Assembly (NCBI GenBank): GCA_964016885.1
Contig: OZ024748.1
Location: 55,056,001 to 55,120,000 of the forward strand
DNA: 64,000 bases
DNA from: Eledone cirrhosa
Taxonomy: Eukaryota
Direction: 5' to 3'
The notes beneath the pieces are model-generated. The model made no database searches. It saw nothing but the letters and a program-made list of their open reading frames with translations, and had not been told where the DNA came from. The number at the start of each line of letters is the position of its first letter. Positions within the stretch are counted from its first letter, which is position 1. Below, in pieces: positions 12,546 to 26,464 of the stretch. Both the position numbers and the translations under genes were made by a program.

Positions 12546-12931
12546 ATTATTGAAAAAATGTATAATTAATATACCACTGTTACTTCAGTTGCAACTGCAT
12601 CAAAACAACTTATTATTAAATTGTTGTGGATATAACTTAACAAGATATTGTGGATATAACTTAAAGTAGGTCTCCTACAGAAGATAATGAGGAAGATATC
12701 ATTCGCATTTGCTACAATTAAGACTCATCTGCCAATACTATTTTAGACCTGCGAACCTCTGAAAACCCAAACGAGGAGTACCATTAAAAAAGGTACCCCC
12801 AAAACGGGGCAAAATGAGACGAACTGGGGCAGCGAACATTGCGCTTTCCTCTCCAATTAAATAGCAACTAAAATCACAGTTAGAATGATGCGTTTTTACA
12901 AACGTTTAAAATATTCATTTTTAGATTCCCC

Positions 12932-12981
<50 letters not shown>

Positions 12982-13046
12982 GAGAGAGATGTGTGTGCTT
13001 GTAGATATATAAACATCGATGTATGCATATTTATGTATAGATAGAT

Positions 13047-13090
<44 letters not shown>

Positions 13091-13512
13091 CTAGGGCGGG
13101 TAAAATTCCCGAGATCCATGGACGAGTTCTCTCCAGCTGTCTCTGTCCCTCAATATCGCTGCCATGTCCTGCGTCTCCAACAGACCAGTGTCTGTCCTTA
13201 GGGCATCAACATACGTTAACCTTCGTAAAGACCTGAAAATCCCCCTCTTCATTGCTGACTTGGACACTGACCAAGAAACTCACTCAGATGGTGGATGGGT
13301 GCTACACGAGAATGCTGAGGATGGCTCTGAACATTAATCAGTATGCATTGAGAGTGAAAAACTCAGAGATGTATGGGAGCCTCCCAAATGTCAGCTCAAA
13401 AGTGACACAGAGGAGACTGAGGTTAGCTGGACATACTCACCGACATCCAGAGTTGACATTGCACTCAGTGCTCCTGTGGGAGACCCTACATGGGCACACT
13501 GGAAGTGGAAGA
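13091..13512 (-). mobile_element. RTE-type LINE insertion with inverted 5' segment
   Basis: 13091-13225 (-) is the 3' end (..[35 protein letters not shown]); about 13250-13512 (+) is the adjacent upstream RT C-terminus WTLTKKL..DGCYTRMLRMALNI..QRRLRLAGH..GR. Confidence 0.85.
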
Positions 13513-13531
13513 TATATATGTGGAAGATATA

Positions 13532-13590
<59 letters not shown>

Positions 13591-13752
13591 GTGTGTGTGT
13601 GTGTGTGTGAGCAATTTTATAAGAATCGTTAAAACACAACAAGCAGATAAAAACTAATGAGGATTCGATGCACGTGTAGAGACTGAAAAAAATTACACAC
13701 ACACACACACATATATTCATATATACATACACACACATACACACATATATAT

Positions 13753-13816
<64 letters not shown>

Positions 13817-13916
13817 GCATATATATATACACACACACACATATATTCACACACACACACACATATATATATACACATATAGATATATATACACACACAC
13901 ACACACATATATATAT

Positions 13917-13964
<48 letters not shown>

Positions 13965-13990
13965 ATATATATATATACACACACATATAT

Positions 13991-14046
<56 letters not shown>

Positions 14047-14492
14047 CCAGCGATATGGAGAGGGAAAGAGAGAACGAATGTACATGAGGCGAGAAAAATA
14101 TACATAACTGTGTACGTGTGGTATAGGGAGTGATAGGGATATATGTTTTGTGCTGAATAGCAGGTTTAATGGGCGGTTTAAAAGCCATGGGTCGAATCAA
14201 TTTTGAACACACCATTGGAGTGTAATGTGAGTACATTCATTGGAACTGACCCGGTTCAAATCTTCGAATAGTTTATCGCCTTGGGGAGACATCTAGATCA
14301 ATTCTATGAGAACAATAAAGGGGTGGGTTGATAGCAAGTTGAAAGGCCAGCATTACTCACCTCTACCTGCCGAATATACTTGTTTCATACATAAATCTAA
14401 TCAACTATTTCAGGTAGAGTGATTGTTGGGTGAATGGACGAGTGAGTACAAATATTATGTACATATGTACGTACAAAGGTACACACACACAC

Positions 14493-14555
<63 letters not shown>

Positions 14556-14614
14556 CATAAACACACATATACAATATATATAACTATAAATGTTGGGATA
14601 TATATATGTACATA

Positions 14615-14682
<68 letters not shown>

Positions 14683-14810
14683 TATACACATATATCCACA
14701 CAATATATATAGATATATACAATATATATATAACTATATATGAATGGATATAAATATATATGTATATATACACACAATATATATACATATGCACACATAT
14801 ATACACACAT

Positions 14811-14847
<37 letters not shown>

Positions 14848-14930
14848 GAGGTGAGTTTTATTGTAGTACAATAAAGCAATGCAGATATCGGATAAGAAGC
14901 ACTCTACAGTTTGTAGGACTGGAGTATACA

Positions 14931-15247
14931 TAATATATAAGATCAAAAGATGGTTAAAAGAGTTCCATGTATTTTATTATGCGCATTTCAAAAACAAATA
15001 TCATCATGCAATAACATTTGTGTTTTTATCAGATAAAATAGGAAGACATGATATGAAGGTTAAAATACACTTGTGAATATGTTGATTTAAAACTGCACTA
15101 TTCACAAGTGTATTTTAACCTTCATATCATGTCTTCCTATTTTATCTGATGAAAACACAAATGTTATTGCATGATGATATTTGTTTTTGAAATGCGCATA
15201 ATAAAATACATGGAACTCTTTTAACCATCTTTTGATCTTATATATTA
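14931..15247. repeat. About 317-bp palindrome (19-nt loop) next to (TA)n, with mirror hammerhead motifs
   Basis: Identical translations in ORFs 14879+ and 15102- reflect the arms; loop 15080-15098. Confidence 0.93.
15138..15208 (+). ncRNA. Type I hammerhead ribozyme motif
   Basis: tattttat CTGATGA [aaacacaaatgttat..atgatatttgttttt stem II] GAAA tgcgca TA ataaaata; 8-bp stem I, palindromic atgcgcat, AUA triplet; mirror copy at 14970-15040 (-) has CTGATAA. Confidence 0.8.
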
Positions 15248-15330
15248 TATATATATATATACACACACTCATATATATATATATATCGTTATATAAATAT
15301 ATATGTATATACATACACACACATTCTGTG

Positions 15331-15384
<54 letters not shown>

Positions 15385-15710
15385 ATAAACGCGCTCATTC
15401 ATGCCGTCACACACTCACACACACACACACACATATATATATGTGTGTGTGTGTGTGTCTGTGTGTGAAATTGATACATAACTACAAACATGAAGCTACA
15501 TATTTTTGCGTTATAAAGGATGAACTCAATGCACGCACACATACATACCACACAACACACACATACAGAACAGCACTCGCTGTTAACGTATAACTGTAAA
15601 CTTAGAGCTATACATGCAGACATTAAATCACATATATATATCTTTTTTTACATTCTTTCCCATTTCGTACTTTGTCATAATTTCCTCATAGTTCATATAC
15701 ATATATTCAT

Positions 15711-15769
<59 letters not shown>

Positions 15770-15805
15770 CATACATACATATACAGGGTGTTATATATAT
15801 ATAGA

Positions 15806-15904
15806 CAGGGTGTTCCAAAAATGTATACACATTTTCTTTATCTGTACAAGTAATATTTATTAGAAAGCTGTTGAAGTGTGCATACATATTATGGGGACAT
15901 TCTT
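15806..15904. mobile_element. Decayed Tc1/mariner MITE related to 36565-36621
   Basis: cagggtgttccaaaaatgtatacac...tttattagaa...ggggacattct. Confidence 0.5.
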
Positions 15905-15942
15905 TGGGGATATACAAAGTTCCCCAGAAACATGCACTTACG

Positions 15943-16014
<72 letters not shown>

Positions 16015-17134
16015 CACACACGTGTATTTATGTATATATATATATATATATATACATATACACAAGCATATATACTTACAGGTATATCATAGTTCGTGCT
16101 AGATATATAGGGTAGTTGATTTATAAAGCTTTTAGTACAACCTTGAGGGGAACGAAAGAAGTGTCAGTGAATGAATGGGGTTAGCGACAGGGGAATATTA
16201 GATATCCCTTAATCAAGTTGTTAGCTGTGGTCAGGTCATATTAAGTTTAGCGAAGACGTAGGTGCTGATTGTATTGGCATGCGTTGGATCTCCGTCAGTT
16301 GCATCGGGTACCACTTAATTGAACAAAGAAATAGTCTGATTGTGAAATTGCGTATATAGCTAAGCATTGCACAAACACATTCTATATTTAACTTATATCT
16401 CAAAGATATACATCATGACACAGTGCAGGACACGGCTGACCCATTCAAAATACAGTGGCAACCTTAATGTTTAGTGTGTACGGCACACGATCGGAAGAAC
16501 ACGAGTTCTATTTCCGGGTGGCGCCATGTTTTAGTTACATTGAGTTAGTTACTTTATTTCATGTTGTTCCATTTGTCGTAGCTATAAGAAATGAGTTGTA
16601 CCAGTAATTCAAATGGTCATGACTGTGAAAGTTTTAGCTACTAGGATCTTTTTCAACACGCTGGCGCGTATATATATATATATCTATATATCTATATGCT
16701 AGTACATACATTTATTTTTATGAGTATATAAATATATACGTGCAAACACAGACACACTTACCAAAATATACACTCAGAGATACCTTCACACAAACGCACG
16801 CACATACGTTGAAACAAACGCACACATACATTCACACAAACACATACACACATACACGGCATAACAAATGGAACGCCAGCCGTTATTTTGGTCTAGTTTT
16901 CTCACCCCCACTTCTTTCCTCCTTTTACACACACACACATACATTTACTCAAGCAGCAGATTCTCAGAAATTTATGTATAGATTTGTGTGTTAATTTTAC
17001 AAGTAAGTTTTTGAAACAACTGATACACTCGTGGTCGGAAACGATAGATTTCCTGCAACACATATATAGTGTTGTACACACAATATCTATAACATTATTA
17101 ATGAGAAAGTATGAACGTCAAATAATAGTTTCTG

Positions 17135-17300
17135 ATTTAAGCAGAAATCTCACAATTAAGGGGGAGGAGTAAGTCGATGAAATCGATACCAGTGTGTTAC
17201 TGGTACTTTGTTTTATCGACCCCCGTAAGGACGAAAGGGAAAAATAACCTCTCCAGGATTTGAACTCTGAACATAAAGAACCGTAAACCGTATGCTGCAA
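17135..17300 (-). mobile_element. SINE family A copy ending at the Chapaev insertion
   Basis: Core motif ttactggtact..tttatcgacccccgtaagga. Confidence 0.8.
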
Positions 17301-17304
17301 ATAA

Positions 17305-19037
17305 CACCGTGTAACAAAAAAAAAAATGTTCTCTGTTCCTGGCTTGTAATCACTTTTTTGTGTTGCTTAGGTCCCAAATAAATAAAAAAGTCCTATTAAA
17401 CAGTTAAAAGTTTGGGTTTGTAAAAATTGTAAGCTATTCACTAGAATTATTTGTATGCTGGATTTTACGTTGTATGTAAGTTTAATTTGCTTATGTTTAA
17501 TGATTTTTTAATATATGTTTCAGGTTAAATTAAAATTATAAAATAAAGAGTAATACCTAAAGAAAATTATAAAAATGCAATAAAGTATAAAATTGTTAAA
17601 AAATGGATTAAAGTGATTTATTGATACTGGATGTTCGCACCTTAAATAAAGGGTAAGTTGTGTTTTAAGAATTCGACTCCAGGATGAAGCAGTGGAACTT
17701 GGTCAAGGAGGAAGTGCAGGTGACAAGTCAGAGAAGTCGACACAAACTTTTCTCAGGCTTTTACACTCTTAGGGATGGCCTCTGCTTCTGCCATGACGTG
17801 CCTGGTCTGTTTAACGTTATTGAGGTGCCGTTTGTGCCCAAGGAGTGGCGGCTATAGACAGCTCCACCACAAGTTTGAAGGCTGTCCTCCTCCACAATGG
17901 AAACAAGTTCTCGACACTGCCCCTAGCTTATTCAGTCTGCCCGAAGGAAGATTACTACAGCGTGAAAGTCCTCTTGGAAGCTCTGCAATACAACCAGTAC
18001 AATTGGGAAATCATTGGAGACTTCAAGATGGTGGCTTTCTTGCTTGGACTCCAAGGAGGCTTTATCAAATTCCAATGCTTCCTCAGCCTTTGGGACAGCA
18101 GAGCCACATCTGACCACTACAAAAGAAAGAACTGGGAGCAGCGAACAGAATTTGTAGTTGGGACCCGGAACGTCATGTGGGAGCCACTGGTTGATTCCAG
18201 TATTGTGCTCATGCCGCCACTGCACATTAAGTTGGGGTTCATGAAGTAGTTTGTAAAGGCTCTCAACCAAGAATCAGCCGCTTTTAAGTACCTTCTTGAG
18301 TTCTTCCCCAAATTATCTGAGGCCAAAATCAAAGGTGGAATTTTTGTTGGACCTCAGATAAAGAAGGTGTTTGAGTCTACCGAGTTCTCCAATAAGCTCA
18401 ATAGGATTGAGTGAACAGCATGGAACTGTTTCAAGGCAGTTGTTAAGGGTTTCTGGGCAACTACAGAGCTGAAAACTATCAGCAACTGGTGCAGGATCTG
18501 ATAAAAGCTTTTGACGCCATGGGATGCAGATGTCGCTTAAACTCCATATGCTGGACGCTTACCTGGAACAATTCAAGGACAATATGGGCGCCTACTCAGA
18601 AGAACAAGGCGAACGATTCCACCAAGATGTGAAAGAGATAGAGCGGAGGTACCAGGGCCACTACAATGAAAAAATGATGGGGGACTATATCTGGGAGCTA
18701 GTGCGGGAATGCGACCTGGACTACAACCGCAAATCCAGGAAATCCAGTCATTTCTGACGTGTATAAGTTGCTTTATAAGTGTTATTTGTTTTTACTTGTT
18801 TGCTTTTGATAAGCTTGTGTAATAAAATAAATATATACTCTGTTGATTTAATTATATGAACTGATACATTTTAAAAAATGTGTTTTTTCTTGAAAAATAT
18901 GAAAATTTCGAAATATCCAACTTCTGACCAGAAACCCAAACTTCTGATTAAATAATAGTATTATTCTATAATAAAGGGATAGAATAAACTAGGAAATAAT
19001 ATATAGAACCGGGGAACAAAAACTATATTACACGGTG
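17305..19037 (+). mobile_element. Chapaev3-type (CMC superfamily) DNA transposon, internally deleted
   Basis: Termini CACCGTGTAA...TTACACGGTG, 3-bp TSD TAA (17302-17304 / 19038-19040), internal transposase remnant. Confidence 0.85.
17680..18757 (+). pseudogene. Chapaev3-type DDE transposase pseudogene (C-terminal part)
   Basis: EWRL/IDSSTTSLKAVLLHNGN..IIGDFKMVAFLLGLQGGF..CFLSLWDSR..PPLHIKLG..GIFVGPQI..MSLKLH..SEEQGERFHQD..RYQG; frameshifts near 17853 and 18450, stops near 18247 and 18412. Confidence 0.88.
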
Positions 19038-19041
19038 TAAT

Positions 19042-19262
19042 AGGGCGGTGGATTGGCAGTATCGATAGAGCGTCGGACATCATGCTTTTCAGCATAGAGT
19101 AACGACGCTTTACGGTCTGAGGTCAAATCGCGCTGGGGTTAACTTTGCATTTCCTCCTTACGGGGTCGATAAAATAAAGCACCAGTAGCGTACTGGGGTC
19201 GATTTAATCGACGCCCCCCCCCCAACAAAAAAGAGATTTTTTTTTTACCTATACTAGAAATC
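19042..19262 (+). mobile_element. SINE family A full-length copy
   Basis: agggcggtggattggcagtatcg (A box)..gaggtcaaatc (B box)..ccttacggggtcgataaaataaagcaccag. Confidence 0.9.
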
Positions 19263-20037
19263 ATATTTGAGTCAATAGTGGGAATATATTAAATACATTA
19301 AACAACGCGGTGTTTAATTGAATCGACGTATCTGCTGCCATCGCTAGTAGTATTTCCAAGAGAGAACGGTCGGAACCAATGTGTAGGTTCACCCCAGTAT
19401 AATAGTTGGAACGAAGGTTGAAAGTGTTCTGAGAAAGAACTGTCGGAGCCAATGGCGTCTGGTCAACTGCAACTAGCAGTTAGAATGAGGGCAACCATCT
19501 GTTTGAAGGACCTAATGGTTATAGTTGGCACCACGTCATTGTCTGCGAGTTTTCGTTCTCAGGACCTTTGCTGAGCTCACTAGCAAGATTAATTTTCAAA
19601 ATTAAGGACAAGGCCAGCACATTTTTGGGGAAGAGCAAAGTTGATTAAATCAATCCCAGTACTTGACTGGGACTATATTTTATCGACCCTAGAAAAAATG
19701 ATAGGCAAAGGTAAGATTGAGAAAAGAAACCATGGATTCGATGTCCCATGAATTGATATGTTAAAACGATTTCTCAATAAAGATTCACCATCTTCCCACT
19801 CGTTATAGTTCTATCTCGTTTTACTAATTCTTCCAAAGCTCACCTTTCCCCATTTTTCACTTTCTTACGCGAAGAATTTCAACGTTTAAACGCATTCATC
19901 ACTTTATCTACATATACATATATACTTGTAGACATATAGATACATTAAGGTGTGTATATCTATAGCCACTTAAAGCAAATATTCGAATTTGTTAATATAC
20001 TGAAAAGAAACATTAATTGTATTCTCCCCCCCCCCCC

Positions 20038-20098
<61 letters not shown>

Positions 20099-20204
20099 TT
20101 TACGCCCACCACACGATATATTATATAAATTATGCATATACATAATCCTCGATAAACATAGCTATCTCTTATATCATTTCTTCCATATATATTTTCCCAC
20201 TGCC

Positions 20205-20260
<56 letters not shown>

Positions 20261-20273
20261 GGAGTAAAAACTA

Positions 20274-20319
<46 letters not shown>

Positions 20320-20372
20320 CATATATATATGTATGTATACATATATATATAAAGGGAGTAAAGAACTAATAC

Positions 20373-20451
<79 letters not shown>

Positions 20452-20696
20452 AGTGTCGTGGCATCATGATTTTTAGCTCATTTGAATTATCCTCATCTCT
20501 TGCGTTGTCTTGGAGGATTTCATTTTGTGCCATCCGTGCTACAGTGAACATTAGTCTGCTTAATCCTATCCCTGATGTGTGCCATCTGCTAGAAATGGAT
20601 TCACGCGCTTCCATTACGACGTCTGAATTTTTACTACTTTTTATATATGAATATCACACACATGCAAACAGACACCCACACCCACACAGACCCCCC

Positions 20697-20741
<45 letters not shown>

Positions 20742-21143
20742 GGGAAACTAATAAGACAGAGTGTAATTGTACATGTGTATGTATTTTTTCATTCTTAAAC
20801 ACTCCCCCTCTCTCACACAGGCACACACACACACATATATATATAAATATACATATAATATATATATATACACGCGCATACATTCTTTATATGCTTATGT
20901 ATATTATATATACATAAACCTACATATTCATATATATATATATATATATATATAAATAATTCTATACATTTTTTTCTGCTACTCCATTCCATTTCAGACT
21001 CCTCTCCATAAATTTTGCATATTAACAAAAATCTGATTATCATACGTAAAGAAGCATGAAAAGTAAATGGAATTAAGATAGAAGAAACAGAAAGTATTGT
21101 CATATATATGTGTGTGTGTGTGTGTGTGTGCGTGTGTGCGTGT

Positions 21144-21239
<96 letters not shown>

Positions 21240-21504
21240 TTAAACAGAAATAGAAAAACAACGACGCAGTACAATGAAGAAATATATTAGTTTAACGCTT
21301 GAAATAATAGTCTTATGAAAGAGGAAAGAAATGGAGAGAATATTTTATATCAAAGGGACGGAATCCAGCGCTTTTGAAACAGTAACAAGAGGCATACACA
21401 CCATTAAAATGTCAAGATAAAAATAAAATAATGGAAATATATAGAGAAATATGAAATGACACGACGAAGCGAGAAGGAAGTAACGTAATAAATAAATAAA
21501 TATA

Positions 21505-21835
21505 GAGAAGCTTGTGCTGGAACTCCGTCGGTTTCGACGTGGATTCTTCGAAGTGACGATTAACAGAACAGCCTCCTCATAGAATTAACGTGAAAAATGG
21601 CTGAATATTTCATATATTTGTCTACTTTTATCATACTTCTCAGGGAGAGTTTCTTTGATAGCGATAAGTCTGGTGCTTTGAATTACAAAGGTAACCAATT
21701 CTTTGCCATTTGTGTAAACTTGAACCACTTGAAATATAGTGTCTTGCCTAGGACACAATGCGTCACCGGGAATCGAAATGAAGATCTTACAATCGAACGG
21801 GAAACACGGTAACCAATAAATCACGTGACTTCACA
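21505..21835 (-). mobile_element. SINE family B copy
   Basis: gaaatatagtgtcttgcctaggacacaa..gggaatcgaa (B box) ..aacca; related copies at about 16455-16620, 26465-26740, 30485-30820, 31255-31385, 31650-31850. Confidence 0.7.
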
Positions 21836-21862
21836 GGTATGTATATTTGCGAATGAGATAAT

Positions 21863-22048
21863 TGTTTCTACTTTTAGGCACAAGGCCAGCAATTACCCAG
21901 TGCATTACTGGTACTTTATTTTATCGACCCCGTAAGGATGAAAGGCAAAGTCAACCTCGGCAGGATTTGAACTCAGATCGTAAAGGGACGTAAATATGCT
22001 GGAAAGCATGGCGTCCGACCCTCTACCGATACTGCCAATCCACCGCCC
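21863..22048 (-). mobile_element. Young full-length SINE family A copy with TSD
   Basis: Flanked by tatttg(c/t)gaatgagataat (21844-21862 and 22049-22067). Confidence 0.93.
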
Positions 22049-22209
22049 TATTTGTGAATGAGATAATAATGTTTAGAAAGGTGGGTGGGGGTCGTTGAAG
22101 AAATATTGAAGTAAGAAATATGGTTGTGTAATTGACTGATAATTATATGAAATAGTGAAGTTTCCACACAGAGGAAATGCCAGACTGTGAAACCATCTCT
22201 CTCGCCTTC

Positions 22210-22310
<101 letters not shown>

Positions 22311-22381
22311 TGTATGTATGTATATGGATAGTGGGAAAATGATATATTATATACAGATACGTACACGTCTATTTATGCGCG

Positions 22382-22435
<54 letters not shown>

Positions 22436-22536
22436 GAGAGAAATCAATATAAAGAGAGAAAAACAGATATATACACATCTGTATTCATATATATATATAT
22501 ATATACTCATATAGACAGAGTGTGTGTGTGTGTATA

Positions 22537-22590
<54 letters not shown>

Positions 22591-22981
22591 AGGAAAAGGG
22601 AGAGAGTATGTCATGAAATAGTAAACATCAAATCACACAGAAGAAGTAAAAAGAGCAGAAATGGGAAGATATGGAACTGTGGAGAGTTTTAGTTTTGTGA
22701 GTGTTGTTGGAGTTGGTGTAGAAGGAGAGAAAACGAAAATCAATGTGTTACAGAAATAAAACTTGTGAACGCCTGACTTGGACAACATCCGTTCGTTAAT
22801 TAGTGACTCTCTCTCTCTCTCCCTCCCTCCACCCCCTCCCTCTCTCTCTTTCTCCAAAGAACACTTTTAAAATGATGCTTAATCTGTAAATGCAGGCATC
22901 TGCAACCTGTTGCCATGTCAACGTTGATTTCTAATAACGTCAAATGCTGACAGAGAAAGCAAGATAATGATATACATACAT

Positions 22982-23107
<126 letters not shown>

Positions 23108-23770
23108 ATGAGAGAAAGGCAGGGAGAAAAAGAGAAAATAAGACAGAGCAGAGAGACATATAGATAACGAGAGACACAGGGACAAATATACAATTGCAGC
23201 TGTTTGCAGTTATTTAGGGGTTGACGGTTGGAGGATGTAGAAGCGGATGGATTGAGTTATACAGAGAGTGAGAGAGAGAGTGTGAGAGAGAGAGAGAGAG
23301 AGATAGGTGTAGAGAGAGAGAGAGGTGTAGAGTAAGAGAGACAGAGAGAGGTGTGGAGAGAGAGAGAGAGGTGTAGAGAAAGAGGGGTAAAGAGAGAGGG
23401 CTTGGGGCGGAGTGGCGAGAATACCTACTGGAGAGAATAGAAAGGGATGGGGAGGAAAAGAGCAGGTTGATTATCTAGCTAGATTTATAATTATGTGATT
23501 AGATTTAGAAATCAGTCGTCATAATGTTTATGGAGCAATTTATTTTCGTTGGTTAATTAAAAGGATAATGAAAAAAGTAGAAAGAAAGAAAAATAATACG
23601 TTGCAAGAAATCGTAAAACGCAAATAGAGAATCCAATGTTTTAATGGCAAATGGAGGAAAGATAAGAAAAATACTTATAAATACGATGAAATTCTAAAGT
23701 ATAGTGAAGATTCTAATGTATAAATATTCTTAATTTGCATTTATCTCCGATATTTCAATTGATGCAACAA

Positions 23771-23888
<118 letters not shown>

Positions 23889-23956
23889 TGTATACGTACA
23901 TACATATATGCGTACAGACGTACAGTAGTATGTATATATATATACATACATGCACA

Positions 23957-23991
<35 letters not shown>

Positions 23992-24417
23992 GCATGTGAT
24001 TACCGAATATTTATTGTAAATTATGAAATTTCAATTCATTCTTTTCCATTTATCGTTTTCGGTACGTCCGGCCGATTAACTCACTCGATATGCAAATTAG
24101 GCTGCACAGCCGTTAATATGCATAAGGAAAGTATATATTTTCAAACGTTCAATCATCTGACAGAAAGGTATACGATGCTGATGATAGCTAATAAGCTTGA
24201 AACTAGTACATCGTTCCGGTTCAGTGTTGAACAAAAGGACGACGATGGTTGCCGAACAATGTACGGCGTAATTCGGGCTGTTTGTTTACAAACAAACCGA
24301 ACATTATAAATAAATGTTCGGTAAACACATGCGTACATATATATATATGTGTGCATGTATGTATATATATACATACTACTGTACGTCTGTACACATATAT
24401 GTATGTAGGTATACATA
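23889..24417. mobile_element. Hammerhead-containing element with long inverted arms in (TA)n (PLE pLTR-like)
   Basis: 23889-24020 is the inverted counterpart of 24304-24417; spacer holds a hammerhead; 24225-24335 matches the 8352 palindrome family. Confidence 0.75.
24172..24214 (+). ncRNA. Minimal type I hammerhead ribozyme motif
   Basis: acgatg CTGATGA t agct aata agct t GAAA c ta GTA catcgt: 6-bp stem I, 4-bp stem II, palindromic actagt stem III, predicted cleavage after A24208. Confidence 0.85.
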
Positions 24418-24654
24418 CTTATATATATACATTTGATTAGAGCAAACATCACGGGCGCTCTATCTCAAAATTATTTTTGAAAAGCATTAAAAATGCGCAA
24501 CCATTAAGAACTTAAAACTAAAACTGAATACTAACCAATACTTAAAACTAATTTATACTTATTAAACTATTTTCCACTGGGAAAAATTTGTCAGCATTTT
24601 CTTTTCCTTTTACTTATATATCACAACTCGTGTGTTACACCTCTATTTTTTAAA

Positions 24655-25082
24655 ATATATATATACATATATATATACATACATATATATACATATATAT
24701 ATACATACATATATATACATATATATATACATACATATATATACATATATATATACATACATATATATACACATACATATATATACATATATATATACAT
24801 ATATATACATATATATATACATATATATATACATATATATACATATACATATATATACATATATATATACATATATATACATATACATATATATACATAT
24901 ATAAATACATATATATACATATATAAATACATATATATACATATATATATATACATTTATATACATATATATACATATATATACACATATATATACATAT
25001 ATACATATATATATATACATATATATATCCATATATATATATACATATATATATATACATATATATATATACATATATATAC

Positions 25083-25145
<63 letters not shown>
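24655..25145. repeat. (TA)n/(TATAC)n compound microsatellite
   Basis: Direct observation. Confidence 0.97.
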
Positions 25146-25162
<17 letters not shown>

Positions 25163-25610
25163 GTGTGTGTGTGTTTGTTTAAAATCTAATGTACACATTT
25201 TAATGAACATACAGTATCTGACACATAGTGAAAAATAAACAAGGTAAAACAACAAAAGATGCTTATTCTTTCACTGTAGAAAATCTGAGAAAATAAAATC
25301 TAATTAGATTAATCGTTCTTTTCTTTCAGCCTACCTAAGGTTTATGTCTCCTTAGGTAAAGCATCTCACTCTACCAGACGATGCCTAGCGAACCTCCATT
25401 TGGTTCAGAATAAAATACTTGAAAGCCGTTACATTCAACGTCTTCACGTATTTAGATTAGGAGACAGAAGTAACTTTACATTTAAATGAGTTCCATTTAA
25501 TTTGAAAGCATAAGGAACGTGGATATAAATTCTCTACAATAACCTGGATTTTTGTTGACAACCACACTACAATGGGTCATAGTCCTGTAGCTTAAGCATA
25601 GCTGAAAAGC

Positions 25611-26414
25611 TGTACTTATTCATGCAGCGCACAGTATCTCCCAGCCTGGGATTCAAGTGAATTCCTTTTGTTCCACTCGTACTTATTCACGCAGCGCACA
25701 GTATCTCCCAGCCTGGGATTCAAATGAATTCTTTTTGTCCCACTCGTACTTATTCATGTAGCGCACAGTATTTCCCAGCCTGGGATTCAAATGAATTCCT
25801 TTTGTCCCACTCGTACTTATTCATGCAGCGCACAGTATCTCCCAGCCTGGCATTCAAGTGAATTCCTTTTGTCCTAACTGTACTTATTCATGTAGCGCAC
25901 AGTATCTCCCAGCCTGGCATTCAAGTGAATTCCTTTTGTCCTAACTGTACTTATTCATGTAGCGCACAGTATCTCCCAGCCTGGGATTCAAATGAATTCT
26001 TTTTGTCCTAACTGTACTTATTCATGTAGCGCACAGTATCTCCCAGCCTGGCATTCAAGTGAATTCCTTTTGTCCTAACTGTACTTATTCATGCAGCGCA
26101 CAGTATCTCCCAGCCTGGCATTCAAGTGAATTCCTTTTGTCCTAACTGTACTTATTCATGTAGCGCACAGTATCTCCCAGCCTGGGATTCAAGTGAATTC
26201 CTTTTGTCCTAACTGTACTTATTCATGTAGCGCACAGTTTCTCCCAGCCTGGCATTCAAGTGAATTCCTTTTGTCCTAACTGTACTTATTCATGTAGCGC
26301 ACAGTTTCTCCCAGCCTGGCATTCAAGTGAATTCCTTTTGTCCTAACTGTACTTATTCATGCAGCGCACAGTTTCTCCCAGCCTGGGATTCAAATGAATT
26401 CCTTTTGTCCCAAC
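25611..26414. repeat. Minisatellite, 12 x 67 bp
   Basis: Unit tgtacttattcatgtagcgcacagtatctcccagcctggcattcaagtgaattccttttgtcctaac; gtacttatt recurs exactly every 67 nt from 25612 to 26349. Confidence 0.97.
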
Positions 26415-26464
26415 TGTCAAGCCTTATTTTTTGCCTATATTGTATAGTGGCACTAGTTGGTTAG

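Noticed and set aside
19270-19590. Transposase fragment (DQTPL motif)
   Set aside because: Single short motif among multiple stops; insufficient evidence
25611-26414. CRISPR-like array
   Set aside because: Units are contiguous near-identical repeats with no unique spacers, no cas genes, eukaryotic context
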